A stretch of DNA of 64,000 nt from Rhodospirillales bacterium (lineage in GTDB: Bacteria; Pseudomonadota; Alphaproteobacteria; Rhodospirillales; UBA2165): positions 23,963-87,962 of the forward strand of contig JAJDXO010000057.1 in NCBI GenBank assembly GCA_022823235.1. Reading direction: 5' to 3'. The position numbers and the translations under genes were made by a program. Shown in pieces: positions 18,013 to 28,204 of the stretch; positions within the stretch are counted from its first letter, which is position 1, and every line of letters begins with the position of its first letter. The notes below the pieces were generated by a model. It was not told the DNA's origin. It saw only the letters and a list, made by a program, of their open reading frames with translations, and ran no database searches.

Positions 18013-19584
18013 ATGGGCATTAACGTTCTATTCGTTTATCCAAATACCTACGGCATGAACATGCTGCCGCCGGCTATCGCGCTGTTCTCGGCCCTTCTCA
18101 AACAGCACGGTCACAATGTCGAACTGTTTGACGCGACCTATTATCAGGTCGATCACGGCATCGATTCCGATGGTACCAAGATGGATCACCTCAACGTCGT
18201 CCCATATGACCTTGGCGAACGAGGCATCAAAATGCGGACGACGGATTGGAGCGAGGATTTTCGAGCGCAGGTAGATGCGTTCAATCCCGACCTGATCGCC
18301 ATGTCGACGACCGAAGATATGTGGGAACTCGGCTGCAAGATTCTCGAATCCATTGAAGACGTTATCACTTCCAAGGAAATTCCGGTGATTGTAGGCGGCG
18401 TGTTCGCAACTTTCGCGCCGCACCTTGCGATTGGCCATCGGCTGGTCGATCTGGTGTGCGTCGGCGAGGGCGAGAACGCCATGATCGATCTCTGCAATCG
18501 GCTGGAGCGCGGCACGCGCTACGACGATGTCACGAATCTTTGGGCGAAGCGGAAGGATGGCGAGATCATCAAAAACGGCATTTCACAGCCGGTCGACATC
18601 AATGAACATCCGATGATAGATGTCAGCCTGTTCGAAGATGCAAGGCTCTACCGGCCGATGGCCGGCCAAATCTACCGGATGCTGCCCGTCGAAACGATGC
18701 GGGGTTGCCCTTACAAATGCCGGTACTGCAACTCACCGGATCAAATGCGCCTATACAATGAAGAGGCCAGTGGCGGATTCCTCCGGAAAAAACGAATGGA
18801 TATCGTCCACGAAGAACTCACCTGGACGAAGGACAAACTTGGCGTGGAGTACAATTACTTTTGGGCCGATACATTCCTGGCATTGAGCCCGCGTGAGTTC
18901 GACGAATTTTGCGACATGTACTCCGATATTCGACTGCCGTTTTGGATTCAAACGCGCCCCGAGACCCTGACGGACGACAAGGTCCGGCGTCTGGCCGAAG
19001 TTGGACTGCATCGTATTTCGTTTGGTGTCGAGCATGGCAACGAACAGTTCAGAGCCCAACATTTGGACCGCCGTTTTCCCAATGAGGACATCATCGAGAA
19101 ACTGAAAATCCCTCATAAGTATGGCGTTCAGTTCAGCGTCAACAACATTACCGGTTTTCCCTACGAAACCCGCGAACTGGCGATGGACACGGTCGAGTTG
19201 AACCGGCACATCGAGTCGGACAACCAGAATATCTATTCGTTCGTTCCGTTTCATGGCACGCCCCTGCGGAGTGACTGTGAATTGCTGGGCCTGGTTGAGC
19301 CCGATGAAATAACCAAGTGCCTCACGGACAAACCAATGCTCAGGATGCCGCAGTACACCCCTGAGGAAATTGAGGGTTTGCAGAAATGTTTCGTCCTCTA
19401 CGTCAAATTTCCCAGGAACCGCTGGAAGGATATTGAGCGGGCCGAGGCGGATACGCCGGAGGGCAATAGAGTATTCGAGGAGTTGAAAGAGGAGTTCATG
19501 GAGACGTACTTCTCGGCTCCCGATGAAAACAGCGGCGACACGCCGAATGTCGCGGACCTGGAATACGGGGTCTCAACCAGCTGA
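18013..19584 (+). CDS. B12-binding radical SAM enzyme (class B methylase-like)
   Basis: N-terminal cobalamin-binding-like region (GGVFATFAP, VCVGEGE); RGCPYKCRYC; FGVEHG; ITGFPYET. Confidence 0.88.
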   Translation: MGINVLFVYPNTYGMNMLPPAIALFSALLKQHGHNVELFDATYYQVDHGIDSDGTKMDHLNVVPYDLGERGIKMRTTDWSEDFRAQVDAFNPDLIAMSTTEDMWELGCKILESIEDVITSKEIPVIVGGVFATFAPHLAIGHRLVDLVCVGEGENAMIDLCNRLERGTRYDDVTNLWAKRKDGEIIKNGISQPVDINEHPMIDVSLFEDARLYRPMAGQIYRMLPVETMRGCPYKCRYCNSPDQMRLYNEEASGGFLRKKRMDIVHEELTWTKDKLGVEYNYFWADTFLALSPREFDEFCDMYSDIRLPFWIQTRPETLTDDKVRRLAEVGLHRISFGVEHGNEQFRAQHLDRRFPNEDIIEKLKIPHKYGVQFSVNNITGFPYETRELAMDTVELNRHIESDNQNIYSFVPFHGTPLRSDCELLGLVEPDEITKCLTDKPMLRMPQYTPEEIEGLQKCFVLYVKFPRNRWKDIERAEADTPEGNRVFEELKEEFMETYFSAPDENSGDTPNVADLEYGVSTS

Positions 19585-19746
19585 TTTGCGCCGCCGGAGC
19601 CGGCAAGGCCCGGTTTCCAAACGCCAGAACCGGGGTCGGCGGCATCGCGCCGGCCGCAAACGGCTGAACGCCGCGCCCCCCGGGGCCGGCGTTTCTCCAA
19701 GGAAAGACCGCAAGCAATTCATCAGCCGCACCATCCTCGAGAGCCG

Positions 19747-20958
19747 ATGACCATTGACTACGAGGCGGAGTGGAAAGCCGTCGAGACGCTTCCCTGGTGC
19801 GCCCTGGTCACCACGGGCCGAACCGGCAGCGATTTCTTCCAAAGCCTTTTCGACGGACACCCGGAGGTCATCGTCTTCAACGGACAACAGAACTTTCACC
19901 TGTTCTGGCAAAACGCCAAGTCGGCGGGCGCGGGTGCCCTGCCGGCGCCGGAGGACATCATCGATGAATTTATCGGCGTCTATATCCACCGGTTCAAATC
20001 CCGGTACGATTTGGTTGAACGCAAAAACGAACTGGGGGAGCAGCGGAATGAGTGCATCCAACTCGACCCTCAGATCTTTCGCCAACATGCCCTGGGTCTT
20101 CTCGGAAACAGGCCGGCAACGTCCAGAAACGTCTGCCTGGCGGTCAATGCAGGCTTCGCCCTGACGCTTGGCCAGCGTCTGACGGGCAAGTCCGTGTTTT
20201 TCCACCACGTCCACCGGATCGGCGGACTGGACATGTTCCTCGAGGATTTCCCTGAATCCAAGGTCATTTGCATGATCCGGGAGTTTGGCTCCAACTATGT
20301 TTCGGGGGTGGAGAATTGGCGCCGGTACAACCCCGAGACGGATTCACCCGCCTATCCGATCTATGTCCTGTGGCGCGCCGTCGATGAAGCCCGGCCGCTG
20401 CGCCACCTTCCGCCGGATCGGGTTCGCGCGTTGCGTCTCGAGGATTTGGGAAACACCGAAATCTTGAAGCGGATTTGCCGATGGCTTGAGGTCGACTACG
20501 ACCCGTGCCTGACACAATCAACCTGGAACGGCCTGCGTTGGTGGGGTGACAAAATATCCCGTTCATCGCCGCCGGGCCATCAGCCGGGCTTCGCGGCCTC
20601 GATGGTCCAAAATAATTGGCGTGACCGGATCGGAAGAACCGAGCGCTTTGTCCTGGATGGAATTCTGGGACCCTATCTCAACCATTATGGCTACCCGCGC
20701 GAACACCGCCACGGCGCGATTGGCATCTGTCTGTTGATATTCGCGGTCCTGGCGCCGACCCGTTATGAACGCCGGTTTTTCAATCCGAAATTCATGGCGG
20801 GCAATTTTCTGCGCGGCAGGCTCAAGGCGGCGGCAAGCGGGCCCTACCATTATCTGCGCCGCGTTTCACTCCACTACAAATGGCTCGTCAGGCTGAAAAC
20901 CCGCGACCACGTCCTGTTGCCGCGTTTCCCGGTGGCCGAACCTCCGAACCCGCACTAG
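19747..20958 (+). CDS. Sulfotransferase family protein
   Basis: TTGRTGSDFFQSLFDGHP (5'-PSB-like), KVICMIR, LRLEDL motifs. Confidence 0.7.
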   Translation: MTIDYEAEWKAVETLPWCALVTTGRTGSDFFQSLFDGHPEVIVFNGQQNFHLFWQNAKSAGAGALPAPEDIIDEFIGVYIHRFKSRYDLVERKNELGEQRNECIQLDPQIFRQHALGLLGNRPATSRNVCLAVNAGFALTLGQRLTGKSVFFHHVHRIGGLDMFLEDFPESKVICMIREFGSNYVSGVENWRRYNPETDSPAYPIYVLWRAVDEARPLRHLPPDRVRALRLEDLGNTEILKRICRWLEVDYDPCLTQSTWNGLRWWGDKISRSSPPGHQPGFAASMVQNNWRDRIGRTERFVLDGILGPYLNHYGYPREHRHGAIGICLLIFAVLAPTRYERRFFNPKFMAGNFLRGRLKAAASGPYHYLRRVSLHYKWLVRLKTRDHVLLPRFPVAEPPNPH

Positions 20959-20980
20959 GCCCGGTTCCTGTTCCATTGAT

Positions 20981-22798
20981 ATGATCGCCTCGGCAAGAAA
21001 ACTCCACGATCTGATAGCCCCGGCTTCGCGCTCCAGGATCCTGTTCCTGATATTGCCAATGCTCATTGCAGCCGTTCTCGAAATGGCAAGCATCGGAATG
21101 GTGCTTCCCGTGGTTCACGTCTTGTTTGCGGGCGATACCGGTACCGGCCCCCTGGCAATGATCGCCCGGTTCGTGCCGGACGCGTTGACGAAGAATTCCG
21201 GGGTCTGGCTGATCGCGCTCTTTTCGGTGCTCTTCATCGTTAAGAACGTGATGTATTTCGGCCTCACGCATCTCGTCAATCTGGTGGTTCACCTGGCGGC
21301 CGCGGATTTCATTCTCCGCATGCATCGCGTCTATACCCGGCGCTCGCTGCTGTTCCATACCCGAAACAACAGCGCGGTACTCCTTCGCAATCTCGTCAGC
21401 GGCGCCGGCCAATCCTTTGAATGCATACGCATCTTCCTGCTGATGGTTCTCGAATTCCTATTGATGGCCGTGGCGACAGCGCTGTTGCTGTTCGTGGAGC
21501 CGCTGGTGACGCTGCAGCTGGCCGCCCTGATGCTGGTTGCCGGCCTGGTATTCTACAAGCTGGCCGCCCCGGCATTTCGTCGGTGGGGAGAGAGGACGAT
21601 GGAGCTTGAGAGCGACCTCATAAAATGGGTTAACCAGTCCTTCGACGGCATTCGCGACGTCAAGATTTTGAACGCCCATGAATACGTCAACCGACACGTT
21701 GGAGACTTCGCCCGGGAGCGTGGAATTTTTTTGAGTTGGGCAAGCTCGTCACTCCAGATACCCCGGCTGCTCATCGAGACGGTCGTGATAATCGGGTTCG
21801 TCCTGCTGGCAAGCTGGCTGGTGTCGGCGAGGGGCTCGACGGCCGAGGCAATGGGCCTTCTGGGATTGTTCAGCATGGCCGCCTTGCGGATCATGCCGTC
21901 GGTCAACCGCATCTTGTCGAGCGCGGCGAATCTGAAGAACCGCGCGGCCTACATCGATGCGGTCCACCACGATTACACGATGGTGGAGGAAGCCGGCGCG
22001 AACGAGGAACGGCGAACCGGCCGGGTCGGGCTCCAGCTTAACGGCGGGATCGAACTCGACGGCGTGAGCTTTCATTACGACGGAACGGAAACACCGGCCG
22101 TCGCGGACATCAATCTGACAATTCCCAAGGGGTTCAAGGTCGGCATTGTCGGTCCCTCCGGAGCAGGCAAGACAACATTGGTCGATCTGTTTCTGGGGCT
22201 ACTCGCACCGCGGTCGGGCCGGCTACTGATCGACGGACATGACATTCGCGACAATCTTCGGGCATGGCAGGACCTGATCGGCTACGTGCCGCAGGAGCCG
22301 TTTTTGATTGATGACACCCTGCGCAGGAACATTGCCTTCGGCTTGAACGACGAGGAAATCGACGAGAATCGACTGGAGATCGTCGTTGCTTCGACCGACC
22401 TCGGCGGGGTCGTCGAGGATTTGGAGCATGGGCTCGATTCGGCGTTGGGCGAGAAAGGCGTGCGCATATCCGGCGGCCAGCGACAGAGAGTGGCGGTGGC
22501 GCGCGCCCTCTACCGCAACCCGGAGGTTCTGGTCTTCGACGAGCCGACATCCGCGCTCGACAATCAAAGCGAAGCCGAGTTCGTAAACAACATCGAACGG
22601 CAAAGCGAGGCCGGAAAAACGATTTTGGTGGTCGCCCACCGGCTCAGCACCGTACGCCGCTGCGACCTGATCATATTCCTGAAGAACGGACGGATCGCCG
22701 GCCAGGGCAACCTGAACGAGCTTATGCAAAACAACGACGAGTTCCGCGAGTTGGTCGAATTGGGCAACATCCTGCGGCCGGTCGACCAGGATGGATGA
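20981..22798 (+). CDS. ABC transporter fused permease/ATPase (PglK/HepA-like glycan flippase)
   Basis: About six TM helices, then GPSGAGKTT, ISGGQRQR, LVFDEPTSALD, VAHRLST. Confidence 0.9.
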   Translation: MIASARKLHDLIAPASRSRILFLILPMLIAAVLEMASIGMVLPVVHVLFAGDTGTGPLAMIARFVPDALTKNSGVWLIALFSVLFIVKNVMYFGLTHLVNLVVHLAAADFILRMHRVYTRRSLLFHTRNNSAVLLRNLVSGAGQSFECIRIFLLMVLEFLLMAVATALLLFVEPLVTLQLAALMLVAGLVFYKLAAPAFRRWGERTMELESDLIKWVNQSFDGIRDVKILNAHEYVNRHVGDFARERGIFLSWASSSLQIPRLLIETVVIIGFVLLASWLVSARGSTAEAMGLLGLFSMAALRIMPSVNRILSSAANLKNRAAYIDAVHHDYTMVEEAGANEERRTGRVGLQLNGGIELDGVSFHYDGTETPAVADINLTIPKGFKVGIVGPSGAGKTTLVDLFLGLLAPRSGRLLIDGHDIRDNLRAWQDLIGYVPQEPFLIDDTLRRNIAFGLNDEEIDENRLEIVVASTDLGGVVEDLEHGLDSALGEKGVRISGGQRQRVAVARALYRNPEVLVFDEPTSALDNQSEAEFVNNIERQSEAGKTILVVAHRLSTVRRCDLIIFLKNGRIAGQGNLNELMQNNDEFRELVELGNILRPVDQDG

Positions 22799-22821
22799 AT
22801 TCCTGCTGCTGACTTGATGAT

Positions 22822-24495
22822 TTGTCGGGAAAATTGGTGCCGGTCTCTCTAAGACCTTCGAGAATTGCGCAGCTGTCTGGCGACCGAATGGTCTGGCTTG
22901 CGATCACCGGATCGTCGTGCCGGCTGCCGCCGAACCGGATGCTGCCTGACGTCGGGCGGCAACTCGAAGAGTCCTACGATGCGGTCTGCGGGCAGTGGAT
23001 GTCGCTTGGCCGCAGGTTCTCCAAGGAACGCCAGGGTTGGTTGGCCGATATGCCCACGGCCGCCGTCGATATTTGTGATTTCGGCCTCATGCTGGCATGG
23101 AGCAACCTCGTCTCGAGACTCGCCCGGCAGGAGCACGAGGTGCTCGTCGTATGTGACGACCCTTGGATGTTCCGGCATCTGGAAACCTTGCCGGGCGTGA
23201 CGGCGCATGGCGGCGTTGCATTATGGCGGCACCGACTGAAGCATCTCCTGCGCGGCTACGCTTCCCGCTTCAAAGTCTCGCTAAGGGTAGCGCTGGCTGC
23301 GCTGCTTTACCGGCCGCAGCGGCGGCGGCATGAGACCGACCCCGGGGCCCCCGCGGTCGTCGCTTACGGTCACCCGTCCAGCCGGGGAGATGGATATGAT
23401 GCATATTTCGGCGATCTCATACTCCGCAATCCCCAAATCCTGCGAATACTGCACACGGACCTCATCGGCGGTCGTATACGGACCCTGACGGCGGAGCGGC
23501 ATTCGGCGAGTTTTCACGCCTGGGGAAATCCGCTCTTTGCGCTCACCCTGTCATTCGTTCGATGGAAGCCCGTGCCCGGCGACGGCGACGAACCATATGC
23601 CTGGCTCATCCGCCGGGCGGCCGAAACCGAGAACGGAGGCGGCGCTCTCGCCATGACCCGATGGCAGAATCACTGTCATGAGAATTGGCTCAAGAGCGTA
23701 CGCCCGCGCTGCGTGGTTTGGCCCTGGGAGAATCACCCATGGGAACGGGATTTCGTTCGGCGGTGCGGCAGCCTTGGCGTCGAAACCCTGGGATACCAGC
23801 ACACGGTTGTCGGCCGGCACCGGCTCAACTTCAACCCAACAACGAATTTCGACGGCGAGCGCAGTCTGCCGGACCGAATAATCTGCAACGGCCCGGCATA
23901 TTTGGAACAGCTGATCCAATTCGGTCTCGATCCGGCCCGGCTGATCATCGGGGGCGCATTTCGATTTCCCTCGGTCGGTCACAACCACTACGACCCCGAA
24001 GGCCCGGTTTACGTGGCGCTTTCCCACGTCACCGGCATCGCGTCACAAATGTTGGCCGCCATCGAATCCCTGCCGGCAAAATGCGCCAAGTTCGTGGTCA
24101 AGAGCCATCCCATGTATCCCGTGGATTTCGACGAGAGGGAAAGCATTCGTCGTACGCAAGCAACAATTCCGGAATTTCGAGGAATGCGGGCGGTACTGTA
24201 CAGTACCGGGGCAACCGGACTCGAGGGGGCGATGGTCGGGGTGCCAACCTGGCGGTTTCTTCCGGCTGACCGGATCGCTCCCGACATTCTGCCAGACAAT
24301 GTGAGGTTGCCGTCGATAACCAAGAGTGATATCGAAGCCATCCTTGATCCAGAGCCTGAATTCGCGCCGGTGGACTGGAATCAGGTCATGGCGCCGGTGG
24401 ATATGGCGGCTTGGGTACGCGAGTTGGGCCTGCCCGCCGTCCGGCAAGATGTCCGCGGGCCGGCCCACCCTGACGGCTCCGGCGGAACTCCCTGA
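22822..24495 (+). CDS. Hypothetical surface-polysaccharide protein, possible GT-B transferase
   Basis: 557-aa ORF; WENHPWE, GYQHT, PDRIICNG, VKSHP, TGLEG..VGVP resemble GT-B ulosonate/CDP-polyol transferase motifs. Start uncertain. Confidence 0.55.
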   Translation: MSGKLVPVSLRPSRIAQLSGDRMVWLAITGSSCRLPPNRMLPDVGRQLEESYDAVCGQWMSLGRRFSKERQGWLADMPTAAVDICDFGLMLAWSNLVSRLARQEHEVLVVCDDPWMFRHLETLPGVTAHGGVALWRHRLKHLLRGYASRFKVSLRVALAALLYRPQRRRHETDPGAPAVVAYGHPSSRGDGYDAYFGDLILRNPQILRILHTDLIGGRIRTLTAERHSASFHAWGNPLFALTLSFVRWKPVPGDGDEPYAWLIRRAAETENGGGALAMTRWQNHCHENWLKSVRPRCVVWPWENHPWERDFVRRCGSLGVETLGYQHTVVGRHRLNFNPTTNFDGERSLPDRIICNGPAYLEQLIQFGLDPARLIIGGAFRFPSVGHNHYDPEGPVYVALSHVTGIASQMLAAIESLPAKCAKFVVKSHPMYPVDFDERESIRRTQATIPEFRGMRAVLYSTGATGLEGAMVGVPTWRFLPADRIAPDILPDNVRLPSITKSDIEAILDPEPEFAPVDWNQVMAPVDMAAWVRELGLPAVRQDVRGPAHPDGSGGTP

Positions 24496-24525
24496 TGACG
24501 CGGCGAATTGGTGGAATTACAGCCG

Positions 24526-25731
24526 ATGAATAAATTTGTCTGCAAACATCCCTGGACCCACTTCGAGGTCAACAATCCGAACGGTGACGTCACCATGTGC
24601 TGCAACAACGACATGGTCATGGGGAACGTCAATGAAGGCTCAATTGCGGAAATATGGAATAGCGAGAAATTTCAGGACGCCCGAAAGCGGATGCGCGAGG
24701 ATGGCGCTCATTCCATGTGCCCGCACACCTGCCCGGTGCTTCAAGGCGGCAAGAAGTACGAAGACATAGACTGGTTCGACGGCCTGAGCGACGACGGCGA
24801 GCCCCATCAAAACGCCGTCACCAACGAACAGGAGTTCGACGATGGCCGCGTGAAATTGGAATCGACACCGCGCTGGCTGCGATTCACCTACTCATACGCG
24901 TGCAACCTCGATTGTTATCACTGCTATCAAAGAGAGGATGCCAAGATCCGGGCCAAGCTGCCGGATTCGTTCATGGCCGAACTGGAGGCGTTCGCCAAAC
25001 GAAGCCAGGTCGTGTTTCCCTTTGGCGGCGAGCCATTCTTTTTCGGTCCGGTCGTATCGTTCCTGGAGAATTACAATACCAACCTCGAAACCCGCTTCAT
25101 GTTCATAACGAACGCGACGCTGCTCACCGATCGGATTTACGAGATTCTGGAGAAGTTGACCATCTCCGGCTTTGCCGTGTCCCTGGATGCAGCCTCCGAA
25201 CTCAGCTTCGATTTACTCCGGGTCCGCGGCCGCAACGCGACGTGGCAAGCGGTGATGGAGAACCTCGGGCGGTTGAGTGAGTTGAAGCAGCGAAAAGGCT
25301 TCAGCCTTACCCTCAGCATGACCGTCAATCGCGTCAACTGCCATGAAATTGAGGATTTCGTCGACCTGGCGTTGGAGCATGACTGCGAGCCGCTCCTTCT
25401 CCTGGTCTCGAATCCCTTTCAAACCGTCGACTTCCAAAAATCCTACCTGGTTTTCGACGACAAACAGCTGCAGGACATGTTTGCGCAAATCGAGCGCTCA
25501 TTGGTCAAAGTCCGGCAGGCCCGCTTGGAAGATGCGGAGGTTCACCTGAAGCTCTTGCGTGCCAATCTCCGAAATCATCAACGCACGGAAAACAATCCTG
25601 CCCTCTTCCGGGCCAAGTCAACCGCAAGAGCCGCCTACCATCAGCTGCCGGAGTTTCTGCAACTGCCGATCCGCCGCGTCGTACAGGGAGCGCGCGACAA
25701 GCGGCTCGCAGAGGGTCTCCTCGATGACTAA
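24526..25731 (+). CDS. Radical SAM protein with N-terminal SPASM/twitch-like domain
   Basis: CKHPW...NGDVTMCC...GNV...IAEIWN precedes CNLDCYHC, GGEPF, ITNATL, VSLDA. Confidence 0.85.
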   Translation: MNKFVCKHPWTHFEVNNPNGDVTMCCNNDMVMGNVNEGSIAEIWNSEKFQDARKRMREDGAHSMCPHTCPVLQGGKKYEDIDWFDGLSDDGEPHQNAVTNEQEFDDGRVKLESTPRWLRFTYSYACNLDCYHCYQREDAKIRAKLPDSFMAELEAFAKRSQVVFPFGGEPFFFGPVVSFLENYNTNLETRFMFITNATLLTDRIYEILEKLTISGFAVSLDAASELSFDLLRVRGRNATWQAVMENLGRLSELKQRKGFSLTLSMTVNRVNCHEIEDFVDLALEHDCEPLLLLVSNPFQTVDFQKSYLVFDDKQLQDMFAQIERSLVKVRQARLEDAEVHLKLLRANLRNHQRTENNPALFRAKSTARAAYHQLPEFLQLPIRRVVQGARDKRLAEGLLDD

Positions 25732-25784
25732 CCCGCGTCCCGGCGGCTGATTTGTGTACCTGTACATAGGACAACCCCCCGCCG

Positions 25785-26540
25785 ATGAATGAGCTGAAAT
25801 CAAGAGTCCGGAGCGGTGAGATTTGCGTTGGCGGCTGGCTCACCACCGCCTCCGGGCAAGTCGCCGAAGCGCTGGCAAGTTGCGGTTTCGACTGGCTTGC
25901 CGTGGACATGGAACATGGCGCGGCGGGGTTGACCGAGGTCGAATCCGCGTTCGTCGCCTGTGAGCGTCACGGAGTCGCTCCCCTTGTGCGGCTGCCGTCC
26001 GGAGACCCGATTTTGGCACGCCGGGTCCTGGACCTGGGCGCGCACGGTGTGATTGTTCCCCAGGTGGAAAATGCCGGCGAGCTAAACGATTTCATCGGTC
26101 AGCTGTTGTATCCCCCAAAGGGGCGTCGCGGCGTCGCCCTGGGCCGCTTCAATGCATGGGGGGATGAATTTGCCGAGTACTTTGCTTTCGAACCGCTGAT
26201 TGCCGCCCAGATCGAGTCCCCCGCAGGCGTCGAACAATCGCATGAGATCGCCGCATTGGAAGCCGTCGATGTTCTGTTCCTTGGACCCTATGATCTCTCC
26301 GCAGGCCTCGGCGCGCCCGGTGACTTTGCTTCGGACCGCTATGCCGCCGCCGTCGAGAGCGTGCGCTCGGCCTGCCAACCGCAGAACACCGCATTGGGCT
26401 TGCATCAGGTCACCCCTGATGGGGAAGAACTTCGGCAACGCATCGCCGAGGGCTTCCGTTTTCTCGCATACGGCACCGACATGATCGCCCTTCGACATGC
26501 GTTGCGCGAGGTACGGCAACTCAGGAATGAACGCCGTTAA
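25785..26540 (+). CDS. HpcH/HpaI class II pyruvate aldolase
   Basis: GFDWLAVDMEHG, LDLGAHGVIVP, YPPKGRRG, QIES, FLGPYDLS. Confidence 0.9.
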   Translation: MNELKSRVRSGEICVGGWLTTASGQVAEALASCGFDWLAVDMEHGAAGLTEVESAFVACERHGVAPLVRLPSGDPILARRVLDLGAHGVIVPQVENAGELNDFIGQLLYPPKGRRGVALGRFNAWGDEFAEYFAFEPLIAAQIESPAGVEQSHEIAALEAVDVLFLGPYDLSAGLGAPGDFASDRYAAAVESVRSACQPQNTALGLHQVTPDGEELRQRIAEGFRFLAYGTDMIALRHALREVRQLRNERR

Positions 26541-27304
26541 TGCGGATATTCGGGGTGATTCCCGCCCGGATGGGCTCTTCCCGATTTCCCGGGAAGCCAT
26601 TGGCGCCGCTCATGGCCATGCCGGTTGTGTGTCATGTCTTTCATCGAAGCCGGATGTTCGGTGACTTCGAACGGCTTGTCGTTGCAACCTGCGACCGGGA
26701 AATCGAAGACGCCGCCATCAATTGTGGCGCGGAATCGGTCACCACGTCCGACCGCCACGAACGCGCCACGGATCGTGTCGCCGAGGCGATCGAGGTGCTC
26801 GGCCTTCGGCCCGCTCCGGACGATCTGATCGTTATGGTGCAGGGTGACGAAGTATTTGTGTCGCCTGAAATGATCGGGAATGTCGTCGCGGCATACAAAC
26901 CAACCGACAATGTTGCGGTCGTCAACCTGGCGTCTCGTCTGTCCCGTCCGGAAGATTTTGCGGATGCCAATACAGTGAAAGTCGCTATCGCCCCGGACGG
27001 CCGGGCCCTGTACTTCTCGAGATCGCCGATCCCCTCCCAATCCCGCGAATCCAGCGCCCCGATCTATCAACAAACCGGGCTGATGGCATTCCCGGCGAAA
27101 TTTCTGAGCGAATTCGCCAAGCTTCCTTCAACGCCGTTGGAGCAGATTGAATCGGTCGACCTTCTCCGGCTTCTTGAAAACGGGCATAGGGTTCAGATGG
27201 TGAAGACCGAGATCGAAACGATCGGCATAGACACGCCGGAAGACCTGGCGCGCGCGGAAACAATGATGCGCTACGATCCGTTGGTTTCGGAATATATTAC
27301 CTGA
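26540..27304 (+). CDS. kdsB: CMP-Kdo synthetase-like cytidylyltransferase (copy 2)
   Basis: VIPARMGSSRFPGKPL, HERATDRVAEA, VQGDE, LYFSRSPIP, LEQIESVDLLR, IDTPEDL. Confidence 0.85.
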   Translation: MRIFGVIPARMGSSRFPGKPLAPLMAMPVVCHVFHRSRMFGDFERLVVATCDREIEDAAINCGAESVTTSDRHERATDRVAEAIEVLGLRPAPDDLIVMVQGDEVFVSPEMIGNVVAAYKPTDNVAVVNLASRLSRPEDFADANTVKVAIAPDGRALYFSRSPIPSQSRESSAPIYQQTGLMAFPAKFLSEFAKLPSTPLEQIESVDLLRLLENGHRVQMVKTEIETIGIDTPEDLARAETMMRYDPLVSEYIT

Positions 27305-27321
27305 ATAATTGACCCGGCCTC

Positions 27322-28197
27322 ATGCTGGCTGCTGCCATCAATCTCGCCAAATTCCTGGGTGTCGATACACGCGCCGCCTATCACGGCATATCGCGCGCCA
27401 GTCTCGATGCCGCGGTCAAGGAGCAAGAACTCGATCTGCTTCGGGATCGATTGCGGGAGATCGTGCCGGATCTCAGCCAACAATATACCGGCGGACAGGA
27501 TGCGGAGGAGTACCGGCGCTACTGGGAAATCAAGCTCCGCAGCCTGCATGCGTTTCAGGTCCATGGAATCCTGGACGCTCTGGACACGATCGGCGGCGGA
27601 CCCCTTGATATCGTGGACATAGGTGATTCGTCGGGAAATCACGGCAAATATGTCAAGGCTCTCTCGGGGGACAGCCGCGTTGCAAGCTTTACCAGTGTAA
27701 ACGTCGACCCGGCGGCCGTAGAGAAGATCAAGCGGCAAGGCGGCGACGCCTACCTGGCCAGGGCCGAAGAGTTCGACTATTCCGCCGTGCCGTCCGACCT
27801 GTATCTGTGCCTTGAGACGTTGGAGCATCTGACGGACCCGACGCGGTTTCTTCACAAATTGGCGGAGGAAGGAGTGGCGGATCATTTGCTCATAACCGTT
27901 CCTTACCGCCGCCAGAGCCGTTTCGGCGGCAGCCTGCTGGACCAGATCGATACCGATCCGGCTGCGGCCTTAACTCCCGAAAGCACTCATATATTCGAAC
28001 TTTCCCCAACGGATTGGCGGCGGCTAACCAGGTTTGCCGGCTACCGCACGGTTTTCGAACGCATTTATCTGCAGTACCCGCGCCGCGGGTTGATGCGGGT
28101 AACGGCGCCGGTGTGGAGAAAATTGGATTTCGAGGGTTTTCTTATGCTTCTGCTCGCCCGCGACCTCCGCGTCGCGAAACGATACACCGGGTGGTAG
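27322..28197 (+). CDS. Methyltransferase-fold protein
   Basis: IVDIGDSSG (degenerate motif I), ETLEHL.DP, LITVP. Confidence 0.6.
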   Translation: MLAAAINLAKFLGVDTRAAYHGISRASLDAAVKEQELDLLRDRLREIVPDLSQQYTGGQDAEEYRRYWEIKLRSLHAFQVHGILDALDTIGGGPLDIVDIGDSSGNHGKYVKALSGDSRVASFTSVNVDPAAVEKIKRQGGDAYLARAEEFDYSAVPSDLYLCLETLEHLTDPTRFLHKLAEEGVADHLLITVPYRRQSRFGGSLLDQIDTDPAAALTPESTHIFELSPTDWRRLTRFAGYRTVFERIYLQYPRRGLMRVTAPVWRKLDFEGFLMLLLARDLRVAKRYTGW

Positions 28198-28204
28198 GAG
28201 GCGA

